DNA of 64,000 nucleotides, from the NCBI GenBank assembly GCA_964016885.1, contig OZ024741.1, positions 221,464,001 to 221,528,000 of the forward strand, read 5' to 3'. Positions 18,001 to 36,000 of this stretch are shown piece by piece. This stretch comes from Eledone cirrhosa. Its lineage: Eukaryota. The notes under the pieces are model-generated. The model was given only the letters and a program-made list of their open reading frames with translations, was not told the DNA's origin and did not search any database. Within the stretch, counting starts at the first letter, position 1. The number at the start of each line of letters is the position of its first letter. Both the position numbers and the translations under genes were made by a program.

Positions 18001-21000
18001 ACAATATATTACAGTGACAGATACAATATATTACAGTGACAGATACAAAATATTACAGTGACAGATACAATATATTACAGTGACAGATACAATATATTAC
18101 AGTGACAGATACAATATATTACAGTGACAGTGACAGATACAATATATTACAGTGACAGATACAATATATTACAGTGCCAGATACAATATATTACAGTGAC
18201 AGATACAATATATTACAGTGACAGATACAATATATTACAGTGACAGATACAATATATTACAGTCACAGTGACAGATACAATATATTACAGTGACAGATAC
18301 AATATATTACAGTGACAGATACAATATATTACAGTGCCAGATACAATATATTACAGTGACAGATACAATATATTACAGTGACAGATACAATATATTACAG
18401 TGACAGATACAATATATTACAGTGACAGATACAATATATTACAGTGACAGATACAATATATTACAGTGACAGATACAGATACAATATTTTACAGTGACAG
18501 ATACAATATATTACAGTGCCAGATACAATATATTACAGTGACAGATACAATATATTACAGTGACAGATACAATATATTACAGTGACAGTGACAGATACAA
18601 TATATTACAGTCACAGATACAATATATTACAGTGACAGATACGATATATTACAGTGACAGATACAATATATTACAGTAACAGATACAATATATTACAGTG
18701 ACAGATACGATATATTACAGTGACAGATACAATATATTACAGTGACAGATACAATATATTACAGTGACAGTGACAGATACAATATATTACAGTAACAGAT
18801 ACAATATATTACAGTGACAGATACGATATATTACAGTGACAGATACAATATATTACAGTGACAGATCAATATATTATAGTGACAGATACAATATATTACA
18901 GTGACAGTGACGGATACAATATATTACAGTGACAGTGACGGATACAATATATTACTGTGACAGATGCAATATATTACAGTGACAGATACAATATATTACA
19001 GTGACAGATACAATATATTACAGTGACAGATACAGTATATTACAGTGACAGATACAATATATTACAGTGACAGATACAATATATTACAGTGACAGATACA
19101 ATAAATTACAGAGACAGATACAATATATTACAGTGAGAGATAGAATATATTACAGTAACAGATACAATATGTTACAATGACAGATACAATATATTACAGT
19201 GACAGGTAAAATGTGTTACAGTGTCAGATACAATATATTACAGTGACAGATACAATATATTACAGTGACAGATACAATATATTACAGTAACAGATACAAT
19301 ATATTACAGTGACAGATACAATATATTACAGTGACAGATACAATATATTCCAGTGACAGATACAATATATTACAGTGACAGATACAATATATTACAGAGA
19401 CAGATACAATATGTTACAGTGACAGATACAATATATTACAGTGACAGATACAATATATTACAGTAACAGATACAATATATTACAATGACAGATACAATAT
19501 ATTACAGTGACAGATACAATATATTACAGTGACAGATACAATATATTACAGTGACAGTGACAGATACAATATATTACAGTGACAGATACAATATATTACA
19601 GTAACAGATACAATATATTACAGTGACAGATACAATATATTACAGTGACAGATACAATATATTACAGTGACAGATACAATATATTACAGTGACAGATACA
19701 ATATATTACAGTGACAGATACAATATATTACAGTGACAGATACAATATATTACAGTGACAGTGACAGATACAATATATTACAGTGACAGATACAATATAT
19801 TACAGTGACAGATACAATATATTACAGTAACAGATACAATATATTACAGTAACAGATACAATATATTACAGTGACAGTGACAGATACAATATATTACAGT
19901 GACAGATACAATATATTACAGTAACAGATACAATATATTACAGTGACAGTGACAGATACAATATATTACAGTGATAGATACAATATATTACAGTGACAGA
20001 TACAATATATTACAGTGCCAGATACAATATATTACAGTGACAGAAACAATATATTACAGTGACAGATACAATATATTACAGTGACAGATACAATATATTA
20101 CAGTGACAGATACAATATATTACAGTGACAGATACAATATATTACAGTGACAGTGACAGATACAATATATTACAGTGACAGTGACAGATACAATATATTA
20201 CAGTGACAGATACAATATATTACAGTGTCAGATACAATATATTACAGTGTCAGATACAATATATTACAGTGACAGATACAATATATTACAGTGACAGATA
20301 CAATATATTACAGTGACAGATACAATATATTACAGTAACAGATACAATATATTACAGTGACAGATACAGTATATTACAGTGACAGATACAACATATTACA
20401 GTGACAGATACAATAAATTACAGTGACATATACAATATATTACAGTGACAGATACAATATATTACAGAGACAGATACAATATGTTACAGTGACAGATACA
20501 ATATATTACAGTGACAGATACAATATATTACAGTGACAGATACAATATATTACAGTGACAGTGACAGAAGCAATATATTACAGTGACAGATACAATATGT
20601 TACAGTGACAGATACAATATATTACAGTGACAGATACAATATATTACAGTGACAGTGACAGATACAATATATTACAGTGACAGATACAATATATTACAGT
20701 GACAGTGACAGATACAATATATTACAGTGACAGATACAATATATTACAGTGACAGATACAATATATTACAGTGACAGATACAATATATTACAGTGACAGA
20801 TACAATATATTACAGTGACAGATACAATATATTACAGTGACAGATACAGATACAATATTTTACAGTGACAGATACAATATATTACAGTGCCAGATACAAT
20901 ATATTACAGTGACAGATACGATATATTACAGTGACAGATACAATATATTACAGTGACAGATACGATATATTACAGTGTCAGTTCCAGCTACAATATTTTA

Positions 21001-24000
21001 CAGTGACAGTGATAGATAAAATAATTTTACAATGACAGATATAATATATTACAGTGTCAGTTACAGATACAATATATTACAGTGACAGATACAATATATT
21101 ACAGTGACAGATACAATATATTACAGTGACAGATACAATATATTACAGTGACAGATACAATATATTACAGTGACAGATACAATATATTACAGTGACATAT
21201 ACAAAATATTACAGTGACAGATACAATAAATTACAGTGACAGATACAATATATTACAGTGACAGATACAATATATTACAGTGGCAGTGACAGGTACAATA
21301 TATTACAGTGACAGATATAATATATTACAGTGACAGATAGAATATATTACTGTGACAGTGACAGATACAATATATAACAGTGACAGATACAATATATTAC
21401 AGTGACAGATACAATATATTACAGTAACAGATACAATATATTACAGTGACAGATACAATATATTACAGTGACATATACAATATATTACAGTGACAGATAC
21501 AATAAATTACAGTGACAGATACAATATATTACAGTGACAGATACAATATATTACAGTGACAGATACAATATATTACAGTGACAGTGACAGATACAATATA
21601 TTACAGTGACAGATACAATATATTACAGTGACAGATAGAATATAATACAGTAACAGATACAATATATTACAGTGACAGTGACAGATAAAATATATTACAG
21701 TGACAGATACAATATATTACAGTGACATATACAATATATTACAGTGACAGATACAATATATTACAGTGACAGATAGAATATATTACAGTGACAGATACAA
21801 TATATTACAGTGACAGATACAATATATTACAGTGACATATACAATATATTACAGTGACATATACAATATATTACAGTGACAGATACAATATATTACAGTA
21901 ACAGATACAATATATTACAGGGACAGATACAATATATTATAGTGACAGATACAATATATTACAGTGGCAGTGACAGATACAATATATTACCATGACGGAT
22001 ACAATATATTACAGTGACAGATACAATATATTACAGTGACAGATACAATATATTACAGTGACAGATACAATATATTACAGTGACAGATACAATATATTAC
22101 AGTGACAGTGACAGATACAATATATTGCAGTGACAGATACAATATATTACAGTGACAGATACAATATATTACAGTGCCAGATACAATATATTACAGTGAC
22201 AGTGACAGATACAATATATTACAGTGACAGATACAATATAGCACAGTAACGGATACAATATATTACAGTGACAGTGACAGATACAATATATTACAGTGAC
22301 AGATACAATATATTACAGTGACAGATACAGATACAATATTTTACAGTGACAGATACAATATATTACAGTGCCAGATACAATATATTACAGTGACAGATAC
22401 GATATATTACAGTGACAGATACAATATATTACAGTGACAGATACGATATATTACAGTGTCAGTTCCAGCTACAATATTTTACAGTGAAAGTGATAGATAA
22501 AATAATTTTACAATGACAGATATAATATATTACAGTGTCAGTTACAGATACAATATATTACAGTGACAGATACAATATATTACAGTGACAGATACAATAT
22601 ATTACAGTGACAGATACAATATATTACAGTGACAGATACAATATATTACAGTGACAGATACAATATATTACAGTGACATATACAAAATATTACAGTGACA
22701 GATACAATAAATTACAGTGACAGATACAATATATTACAGTGACAGATACAATATATTACAGTGGCAGTGACAGGTACAATATATTACAGTGACAGATATA
22801 ATATATTACAGTGACAGGTAGAATATATTACTGTGACAGTGACAGATACAATATATAACAGTGACAGATACAATATATTACAGTGACAGATACAATATAT
22901 TACAGTAACAGATACAATATATTACAGTGACAGATACAATATATTACAGTGACATATACAATATATTACAGTGACAGATACAATAAATTACAGTGACAGA
23001 TACAATATATTACAGTGACAGATACAATATATTACAGTGACAGATACAATATATTACAGTGACAGTGACAGATACAATATATTACAGTGACAGATACAAT
23101 ATATTACAGTGACAGATAGAATATAATACAGTAACAGATACAATATATTACAGTGACAGTGACAGATAAAATATATTACAGTGACAGATAAAATATATTA
23201 CAGTGACATATACAATATATTACAGTGACAGATACAATATATTACAGTGACAGATAGAATATATTACAGTGACAGATACAATATATTACAGTGACAGATA
23301 CAATATATTACAGTGACATATACAATATATTACAGTGACATATACAATATATTACAGTGACAGATACAATATATTACAGTAACAGATACAATATATTACA
23401 GGGACAGATACAATATATTATAGTGACAGATACAATATATTACAGTGGCAGTGACAGATACAATATATTACCATGACGGATACAATATATTACAGTGACA
23501 GATACAATATATTACAGTGACAGATACAATATATTACAGTGACAGATACAATATATTACAGTGACAGATACAATATATTACAGTGACAGTGACAGATACA
23601 ATATATTGCAGTGACAGATACAATATATTACAGTGACAGATACAATATATTACAGTGCCAGATACAATATATTACAGTGACAGATACAATATATTACAGT
23701 AACAGATACAATATATTACAGGGACAGATCAATATATTATAGTGACAGATACAATATATTACAGTAACAGATACAATATATTACAGTGACAGTGACAGAT
23801 ACAATATATTACAGTGACAGTGACAGATACAATATATTACAGTGACAGATACAATATAGCACAGTAACGGATACAATATATTACAGTGACAGTGACAGAT
23901 ACAATATATTACAGTGACAGATACAATATATTACAGTAACAGATACAATATATTACAGTGACATATACAATATATTACAGTGTCAGATACAATATATCAC

Positions 24001-27000
24001 AGTGACAGATACAATATATTACAGTGACAGATACAATATATTACAGTGACAGATAGAATATATTACAGTGACAGATACAATATATTACAGTGACAGATAC
24101 AATATATTACAGTGACATATACAATATATTACAGTGACATATACAATATATTACAGTGACAGATACAATATATTACAGTAACAGATACAATATATTACAG
24201 GGACAGATACAATATATTATAGTGACAGATACAATATATTACAGTGGCAGTGACAGATACAATATATTACCATGACGGATACAATATATTACAGTGACAG
24301 ATACAATATATTACAGTGACAGATACAATATATTACAGTGACAGATACAATATATTACAGTGACAGATACAATATATTACAGTGACAGTGACAGATACAA
24401 TATATTGCAGTGACAGATACAATATATTACAGTGACAGATACAATATATTACAGTGCCAGATACAATATATTACAGTGACAGTGACAGATACAATATATT
24501 ACAGTGACAGATACAATATAGCACAGTAACGGATACAATATATTACAGTGACAGTGACAGATACAATATATTACAGTGACAGATACAATATATTACAGTG
24601 ACAGATACAGATACAATATTTTACAGTGACAGATACAATATATTACAGTGCCAGATACAATATATTACAGTGACAGATACGATATATTACAGTGACAGAT
24701 ACAATATATTACAGTGACAGATACGATATATTACAGTGTCAGTTCCAGCTACAATATTTTACAGTGAAAGTGATAGATAAAATAATTTTACAATGACAGA
24801 TATAATATATTACAGTGTCAGTTACAGATACAATATATTACAGTGACAGATACAATATATTACAGTGACAGATACAATATATTACAGTGACAGATACAAT
24901 ATATTACAGTGACAGATACAATATATTACAGTGACAGATACAATATATTACAGTGACATATACACAATATTACAGTGACAGATACAATAAATTACAGTGA
25001 CAGATACAATATATTACAGTGACAGATACAATATATTACAGTGGCAGTGACAGGTACAATATATTACAGTGACAGATATAATATATTACAGTGACAGGTA
25101 GAATATATTACTGTGACAGTGACAGATACAATATATAACAGTGACAGATACAATATATTACAGTGACAGATACAATATATTACAGTAACAGATACAATAT
25201 ATTACAGTGACAGATACAATATATTACAGTGACATATACAATATATTACAGTGACAGATACAATAAATTACAGTGACAGATACAATATATTACAGTGACA
25301 GATACAATATATTACAGTGACAGATACAATATATTACAGTGACAGTGACAGATACAATATATTACAGTGACAGATACAATATATTACAGTGACAGATAGA
25401 ATATAATACAGTAACAGATACAATATATTACAGTGACAGTGACAGATAAAATATATTACAGTGACAGATAAAATATATTACAGTGACATATACAATATAT
25501 TACAGTGACAGATACAATATATTACAGTGACAGATAGAATATATTACAGTGACAGATACAATATATTACAGTGACAGATACAATATATTACAGTGACATA
25601 TACAATATATTACAGTGACATATACAATATATTACAGTGACAGATACAATATATTACAGTAACAGATACAATATATTACAGGGACAGATACAATATATTA
25701 TAGTGACAGATACAATATATTACAGTGGCAGTGACAGATACAATATATTACCATGACGGATACAATATATTACAGTGACAGATACAATATATTACAGTGA
25801 CAGATACAATATATTACAGTGACAGATACAATATATTACAGTGACAGATACAATATATTACAGTGACAGTGACAGATACAATATATTGCAGTGACAGATA
25901 CAATATATTACAGTGACAGATACAATATATTACAGTGCCAGATACAATATATTACAGTGACAGATACAATATATTACAGTAACAGATACAATATATTACA
26001 GGGACAGATCAATATATTATAGTGACAGATACAATATATTACAGTAACAGATACAATATATTACAGTGACAGTGACAGATACAATATATTACAGTGACAG
26101 TGACAGATACAATATATTACAGTGACAGATACAATATAGCACAGTAACGGATACAATATATTACAGTGACAGTGACAGATACAATATATTACAGTGACAG
26201 ATACAATATATTACAGTAACAGATACAATATATTACAGTGACATATACAATATATTACAGTGTCAGATACAATATATCACAGTGACAGATACAATATATT
26301 ACAGTGACAGATACAATATATTACAGTGACAGATACAATATATTACAGTGACAGATACAATATATTACAGTAACAGTGACAGATACAATATATTACAGTG
26401 ACAGATACAATATACTACAGTGACAGATACAATATATTACAGTGACAGATACAATATATTACAGTAACAGTGACAGATACAATATATTACAGTCACAGAT
26501 ACAATATATTACGATAACAGATACAATATATTACAGTGACAGATATAATATATTACATGTCAGATACAATATATTACAGTGACAGATACAATATATTACA
26601 GTGACAGATACAATATATTACAGTGACAGAGACAGAAAAAAATATATTACAGTGACAGATACAATATATTACTGTGACAGATACAATATATTACAGTGAC
26701 AGATACAATGTATTACAGTGTCAGATACAATATATTACAGTGTCAGATACATTATATTACAGTGACAGATACAATATATTACAGTGACAGATACAATATA
26801 TTACAGTGACAGATACAATATATTACAGTGACAGATACAATATATTACAGTGTCAGATACAATATATTTCAGTGACAGATACAATATATTACAGTGACAG
26901 ATACAATATATTACAGTGACAGATACGATATATTACAGTGTCAGTTACAGATACAATATATTACAGTGACAGATACAATATATTACAGTGTCAGATACAA

Positions 27001-30000
27001 TATATTTCAGTGACAGATACAATATATTACAGTGACAGATACAATATATTACAGTGACAGATACGATATATTACAGTGTCAGTTACAGATACAATATATT
27101 ACAGTGACAGATACAATATATTACAGTGACAGATACAATATATTACAGTGACATATACAATATATTACAGTGACAGATACAATAAATTACAGTGAGAGAT
27201 ACAATATATTACAGTGACAGATACAATATATTACAGTGGCAGTGACAGGTACAATATATTACAGTGACAGATACGATATATTACAGTGACAGATAAAATA
27301 TATTACAGTGACAGATACAATACATTACTGTGACAGTGACAGATACAATATATAACAGTGACAGATACAATATATTACAGTGACAGATACAATATATTAC
27401 AGTAACAGACACAATATATTACAGTGACAGATACAATATATTACAGTGACATATACAATATATTACAGTGACAGATACAATAAATTACAGTGACAGATAC
27501 AATATATTACAGTGACAGATACAATATATTACAGTGACAGATACAATATATTACAGTGACAGTGACAGATACAATATATTACAGTGACAGATACAATATA
27601 TTACAGTGACATATACAATATATTACAGTGACAGATACAATATATTACAGTGACAGATACAATATATTACAGTGACAGATACAATATATTACAGTGACAG
27701 ATACAATATATTACAGTGACATATACAATATATTACAGTGACAGATACAATATATTACAGTGACAGATACAATATATTACAGTGACAGATACAATATATT
27801 ACAGTGACAGATACAATATATTACAATGACAGATACAATATATCACAGTAACAGATACAATATATTACAGTAACAGATACAATATATTACAGGGACAGAT
27901 ACAATATATTATAGTGACAGATACAATATATTACAGTGGCAGTGACAGATACAATATATTACCATGACGAATACAATATATTACAGTGACAGATACAATA
28001 TATTACAGTGACAGATACAATATATTACAGTGACAGATACAATATATTACAGTGCCAGATACAATATATTACAGTGACAGATACAATATATTACAGTGAC
28101 AGTGACAGATACAATATATTACAGTGACAGTGACAGATACAATATATTACAGTGACAGATACAATATAGCACAGTAACGGATACAATATATTACAGTGAC
28201 AGTGACAGATACAATATATTACAGTGACAGATACAATATATTACAGTAACAGATACAATATATTACAGTGACATATACAATATATTACAGTGTCAGATAC
28301 AATATATCACAGTGACAGATACAATATATTACAGTGACAGATACAATATATTACAGTGACAGATACAATATATTACAGTGACAGATACAATATATTACAG
28401 TAACAGTGACAGATACAATATATTACAGTGACAGATACAATATACTACAGTGACAGATACAATATATTACAGTGACAGATACAATATATTACAGTAACAG
28501 TGACAGATACAATATATTACAGTCACAGATACAATATATTACGATAACAGATACAATATATTACAGTGACAGATATAATATATTACATGTCAGATATAAT
28601 ATATTACAGTGACAGATACAATATATTACAGTGACAGATACAATATATTACAGTGACAGAGACAGAAAAAAATATATTACAGTGACAGATACAATATATT
28701 ACTGTGACAGATACAATATATTACAGTGACAGATACAATGTATTACAGTGTCAGATACAATATATTACAGTGTCAGATACATTATATTACAGTGACAGAT
28801 ACAATATATTACAGTGACAGATACAATATATTACAGTGACAGATACAATATATTACAGTGACAGATACAATATATTACAGTGTCAGATACAATATATTTC
28901 AGTGACAGATACAATATATTACAGTGACAGATACAATATATTACAGTGACAGATACGATATATTACAGTGTCAGTTACAGATACAATATATTACAGTGAC
29001 AGATACAATATATTACAGTGTCAGATACAATATATTTCAGTGACAGATACAATATATTACAGTGACAGATACAATATATTACAGTGACAGATACGATATA
29101 TTACAGTGTCAGTTACAGATACAATATATTACAGTGACAGATACAATATATTACAGTGACAGATACAATATATTACAGTGACATATACAATATATTACAG
29201 TGACAGATACAATAAATTACAGTGAGAGATACAATATATTACAGTGACAGATACAATATATTACAGTGGCAGTGACAGGTACAATATATTACAGTGTCAG
29301 ATACATTATATTACAGTGACAGATACAATATATTACAGTGACAGATACAATATATTACAGTGACAGATACAATATATTACAGTGACAGATACAATATATT
29401 ACAGTGACAGATACAATATATTACAGTGTCAGATACAATATATTTCAGTGACAGATACAATATATTACAGTGACAGATACAATATATTACAGTGACAGAT
29501 ACGATATATTACAGTGTCAGTTACAGATACAATATATTACAGTGACAGATACAATATATTACAGTGTCAGATACAATATATTTCAGTGACAGATACAATA
29601 TATTACAGTGACAGATACAATATATTACAGTGACAGATACGATATATTACAGTGTCAGTTACAGATACAATATATTACAGTGACAGATACAATATATTAC
29701 AGTGACAGATACAATATATTACAGTGACATATACAATATATTACAGTGACAGATACAATAAATTACAGTGAGAGATACAATATATTACAGTGACAGATAC
29801 AATATATTACAGTGGCAGTGACAGGTACAATATATTACAGTGACAGATACGATATATTACAGTGACAGATAAAATATATTACAGTGACAGATACAATACA
29901 TTACTGTGACAGTGACAGATACAATATATAACAGTGACAGATACAATATATTACAGTGACAGATACAATATATTACAGTAACAGACACAATATATTACAG

Positions 30001-33000
30001 TGACAGATACAATATATTACAGTGACATATACAATATATTACAGTGACAGATACAATAAATTACAGTGACAGATACAATATATTACAGTGACAGATACAA
30101 TATATTACAGTGACAGATACAATATATTACAGTGACAGTGACAGATACAATATATTACAGTGACAGATACAATATATTACAGTGACATATACAATATATT
30201 ACAGTGACAGATACAATATATTACAGTGACAGATACAATATATTACAGTGACAGATACAATATATTACAGTGACAGATACAATATATTACAGTGACATAT
30301 ACAATATATTACAGTGACAGATACAATATATTACAGTGACAGATACAATATATTACAGTGACAGATACAATATATTACAGTGACAGATACAATATATTAC
30401 AATGACAGATACAATATATCACAGTAACAGATACAATATATTACAGTAACAGATACAATATATTACAGGGACAGATACAATATATTATAGTGACAGATAC
30501 AATATATTACAGTGGCAGTGACAGATACAATATATTACCATGACGAATACAATATATTACAGTGACAGATACAATATATTACAGTGACAGATACAATATA
30601 TTACAGTGACAGATACAATATATTACAGTGCCAGATACAATATATTACAGTGACAGATACAATATATTACAGTGACAGTGACAGATACAATATATTACAG
30701 TGACAGTGACAGATACAATATATTACAGTGACAGATACAATATAGCACAGTAACGGATACAATATATTACAGTGACAGTGACAGATACAATATATTACAG
30801 TGACAGATACAATATATTACAGTAACAGATACAATATATTACAGTGACATATACAATATATTACAGTGTCAGATACAATATATCACAGTGACAGATACAA
30901 TATATTACAGTGACAGATACAATATATTACAGTGACAGATACAATATATTACAGTGACAGATACAATATATTACAGTAACAGTGACAGATACAATATATT
31001 ACAGTGACAGATACAATATACTACAGTGACAGATACAATATATTACAGTGACAGATACAATATATTACAGTAACAGTGACAGATACAATATATTACAGTC
31101 ACAGATACAATATATTACGATAACAGATACAATATATTACAGTGACAGATATAATATATTACATGTCAGATATAATATATTACAGTGACAGATACAATAT
31201 ATTACAGTGACAGATACAATATATTACAGTGACAGAGACAGAAAAAAATATATTACAGTGACAGATACAATATATTACTGTGACAGATACAATATATTAC
31301 AGTGACAGATACAATGTATTACAGTGTCAGATACAATATATTACAGTGTCAGATACATTATATTACAGTGACAGATACAATATATTACAGTGACAGATAC
31401 AATATATTACAGTGACAGATACAATATATTACAGTGACAGATACAATATATTACAGTGTCAGATACAATATATTTCAGTGACAGATACAATATATTACAG
31501 TGACAGATACAATATATTACAGTGACAGATACGATATATTACAGTGTCAGTTACAGATACAATATATTACAGTGACAGATACAATATATTACAGTGTCAG
31601 ATACAATATATTTCAGTGACAGATACAATATATTACAGTGACAGATACAATATATTACAGTGACAGATACGATATATTACAGTGTCAGTTACAGATACAA
31701 TATATTACAGTGACAGATACAATATATTACAGTGACAGATACAATATATTACAGTGACATATACAATATATTACAGTGACAGATACAATAAATTACAGTG
31801 AGAGATACAATATATTACAGTGACAGATACAATATATTACAGTGGCAGTGACAGGTACAATATATTACAGTGACAGATACGATATATTACAGTGACAGAT
31901 AAAATATATTACAGTGACAGATACAATACATTACTGTGACAGTGACAGATACAATATATAACAGTGACAGATACAATATATTACAGTGACAGATACAATA
32001 TATTACAGTAACAGACACAATATATTACAGTGACAGATACAATATATTACAGTGACATATACAATATATTACAGTGACAGATACAATAAATTACAGTGAC
32101 AGATACAATATATTACAGTGACAGATACAATATATTACAGTGACAGATACAATATATTACAGTGACAGTGACAGATACAATATATTACAGTGACAGATAC
32201 AATATATTACAGTGACATATACAATATATTACAGTGACAGATACAATATATTACAGTGACAGATACAATATATTACAGTGACAGATACAATATATTACAG
32301 TGACAGATACAATATATTACAGTGACATATACAATATATTACAGTGACAGATACAATATATTACAGTGACAGATACAATATATTACAGTGACAGATACAA
32401 TATATTACAGTGACAGATACAATATATTACAATGACAGATACAATATATCACAGTAACAGATACAATATATTACAGTAACAGATACAATATATTACAGGG
32501 ACAGATACAATATATTATAGTGACAGATACAATATATTACAGTGGCAGTGACAGATACAATATATTACCATGACGAATACAATATATTACAGTGACAGAT
32601 ACAATATATTACAGTGACAGATACAATATATTACAGTGACAGATACAATATATTACAGTGCCAGATACAATATATTACAGTGACAGTGACAGATACAATA
32701 TATTACAGTGACAGATACAATATAGCACAGTAACGGATACAATATATTACAGTGACAGTGACAGATACAATATATTACAGTGACAGATACAATATATTAC
32801 AGTAACAGATACAATATATTACAGTGACATATACAATATATTACAGTGTCAGATACAATATATCACAGTGACAGATACAATATATTACAGTGACAGATAC
32901 AATATATTACAGTGACAGATACAATATATTACAGTGACAGATACAATATATTACAGTAACAGTGACAGATACAATATATTACAGTGACAGATACAATATA

Positions 33001-36000
33001 CTACAGTGACAGATACAATATATTACAGTGACAGATACAATATATTACAGTAACAGTGACAGATACAATATATTACAGTCACAGATACAATATATTACGA
33101 TAACAGATACAATATATTACAGTGACAGATATAATATATTACATGTCAGATACAATATATTACAGTGACAGGTACAATATATTACAGTGACAGATACAAT
33201 ATATTACAGTGACAGAGACAGAAAACAATATATTACAGTGACAGATACAATATATTACTGTGACAGATACAATATATTACAGTGACAGATACAATGTATT
33301 ACAGTGTCAGATACAATATATTACAGTGTCAGATACATTATATTACAGTGACAGATACAATATATTACAGTGACAGATACAATATATTACAGTGACAGAT
33401 ACAATATATTACAGTGACAGATACAATATATTACAGTGTCAGATACAATATATTTCAGTGACAGATACAATATATTACAGTGACAGATACAATATATTAC
33501 AGTGACAGATACGATATATTACAGTGTCAGTTACAGATACAATATATTACAGTGACAGATACAATATATTACAGTGCCAGATACAATATATTACAGGGAC
33601 AGATACGATATATTACAGTGACAGATACAATATATTACAGTGACAGATACGATATATTACAGTGTCAGTTACAGATACAATATATTACAGTGACAGATAC
33701 AATATATTACAGTGCCAGATACAATATATTACAGTGACAGATACGATATATTACAGTGACAGATACAATATATTACAGTGACAGATACGATATATTACAG
33801 TGTCAGTTACAGATACAATATATTACAGTGACAGATAGATACAATATATTACAGTGACAGATACAATATATTACAGTGACAGATACAATATATTACAGTG
33901 ACATATACAATATATTACAGTGACAGATACAATAAATTACAGTGACAGATACAATATATTACAGTGACAGATACAATATATTACAGTGGCAGTGACAGGT
34001 ACAATATATTACAGTGACAGATACGATATATTACAGTGACATATAAAATATATTACAGTGACAGATACAATATATTACAGTGACAGATACAATATATTAC
34101 AGTGACAGTGACAGATACAATATATTACAGTGACAGATACAATATATTACAGTGACAGATAGAATATATTACAGTAACAGATACAATATATTACAGTGAC
34201 AGTGACAGATACAATATATTACAGTGACAGATACAATATATTACAGTGACATATACAATATATTACAGTGACAGATACAATATATTACAGTGACAGATAC
34301 AATATATTACAGTGACAGATACAATATATTACAGTGACAGATACAATATATTACAGTGACATATACAATATATTACAGTGACATATACAATATATTACAG
34401 TGACAGATACAATATATTACAGTGACAGATACAATATATTACAGTGACAGATACAATATATTACAATGACAGATACAATATATCACAGTAACAGATACAA
34501 TATATTACAGTAACAGATACAATATATTACAGGGACAGATACAATATATTATAGTGACAGATACAATATATTACAGTGGCAGTGACAGATACACTATATT
34601 ACCATGACGGATACAATATATTACAGTGACAGATACAATATATTACAGTGACAGATACAATATATTACAGTGACAGATACAATATATTACAGTGACAGAT
34701 ACAATATATTACAGTGACAGTGACAGATACAATATATTGCAGTGACAGATACAATATATTACAGTGACAGATACAATATATTACAGTGCCAGATACAATA
34801 TATTACAGTGACAGTGACAGATACAATATATTACAGTGACAGTGACAGATACAATATATTACAGTGACAGATACAATATAGCACAGTAACGGATACAATA
34901 TATTACAGTGACAGTGACAGATACAATATATTACAGTGACAGATACAATATATTACAGTAACAGATACAATATATTACAGTGACAGATACAATATATTAC
35001 AGTGACATATACAATATATTACAGTGACAGATACAATAAATTACAGTGACAGATACAATATATTACAGTGACGGATACAATATATTACAGTGACAGATAC
35101 AATATATTACAGTGACAGTGACAGATACAATATATTACAGTGACAGATACAATATATTACAGTGACAGATAGAATATAATACAGTAACAGATACAATATA
35201 TTACAGTGACAGTGACAGATAAAATATATTACAGTGACAGATACAATATATTACAGTGACATATACAATATATTACAGTGACAGATACAATATATTACAG
35301 TGACAGATAGAATATATTACAGTGACAGATACAATATATTACAGTGACAGATACAATATATTACAGTGACATATACAATATATTACAGTGACATATACAA
35401 TATATTACAGTGACAGATACAATATATTACAGTAACAGATACAATATATTACAGGGACAGATACAATATATTATAGTGACAGATACAATATATTACAGTG
35501 GCAGTGACAGATACAATATATTACCATGACGGATACAATATATTACAGTGACAGATACAATATATTACAGTGACAGATACAATATATTACAGTGACAGAT
35601 ACAATATATTACAGTGACAGATACAATATATTACAGTGACAGTGACAGATACAATATATTGCAGTGACAGATACAATATATTACAGTGACAGATACAATA
35701 TATTACAGTGCCAGATACAATATATTACAGTGACAGTGACAGATACAATATATTACAGTGACAGATACAATATAGCACAGTAACGGATACAATATATTAC
35801 AGTGACAGTGACAGATACAATATATTACAGTGACAGATACAATATATTACAGTAACAGATACAATATATTACAGTGACATATACAATATATTACAGTGTC
35901 AGATACAATATATCACAGTGACAGATACAATATATTACAGTGACAGATACAATATATTACAGTGACAGATACAATATATTACAGTGACAGATACAATATA

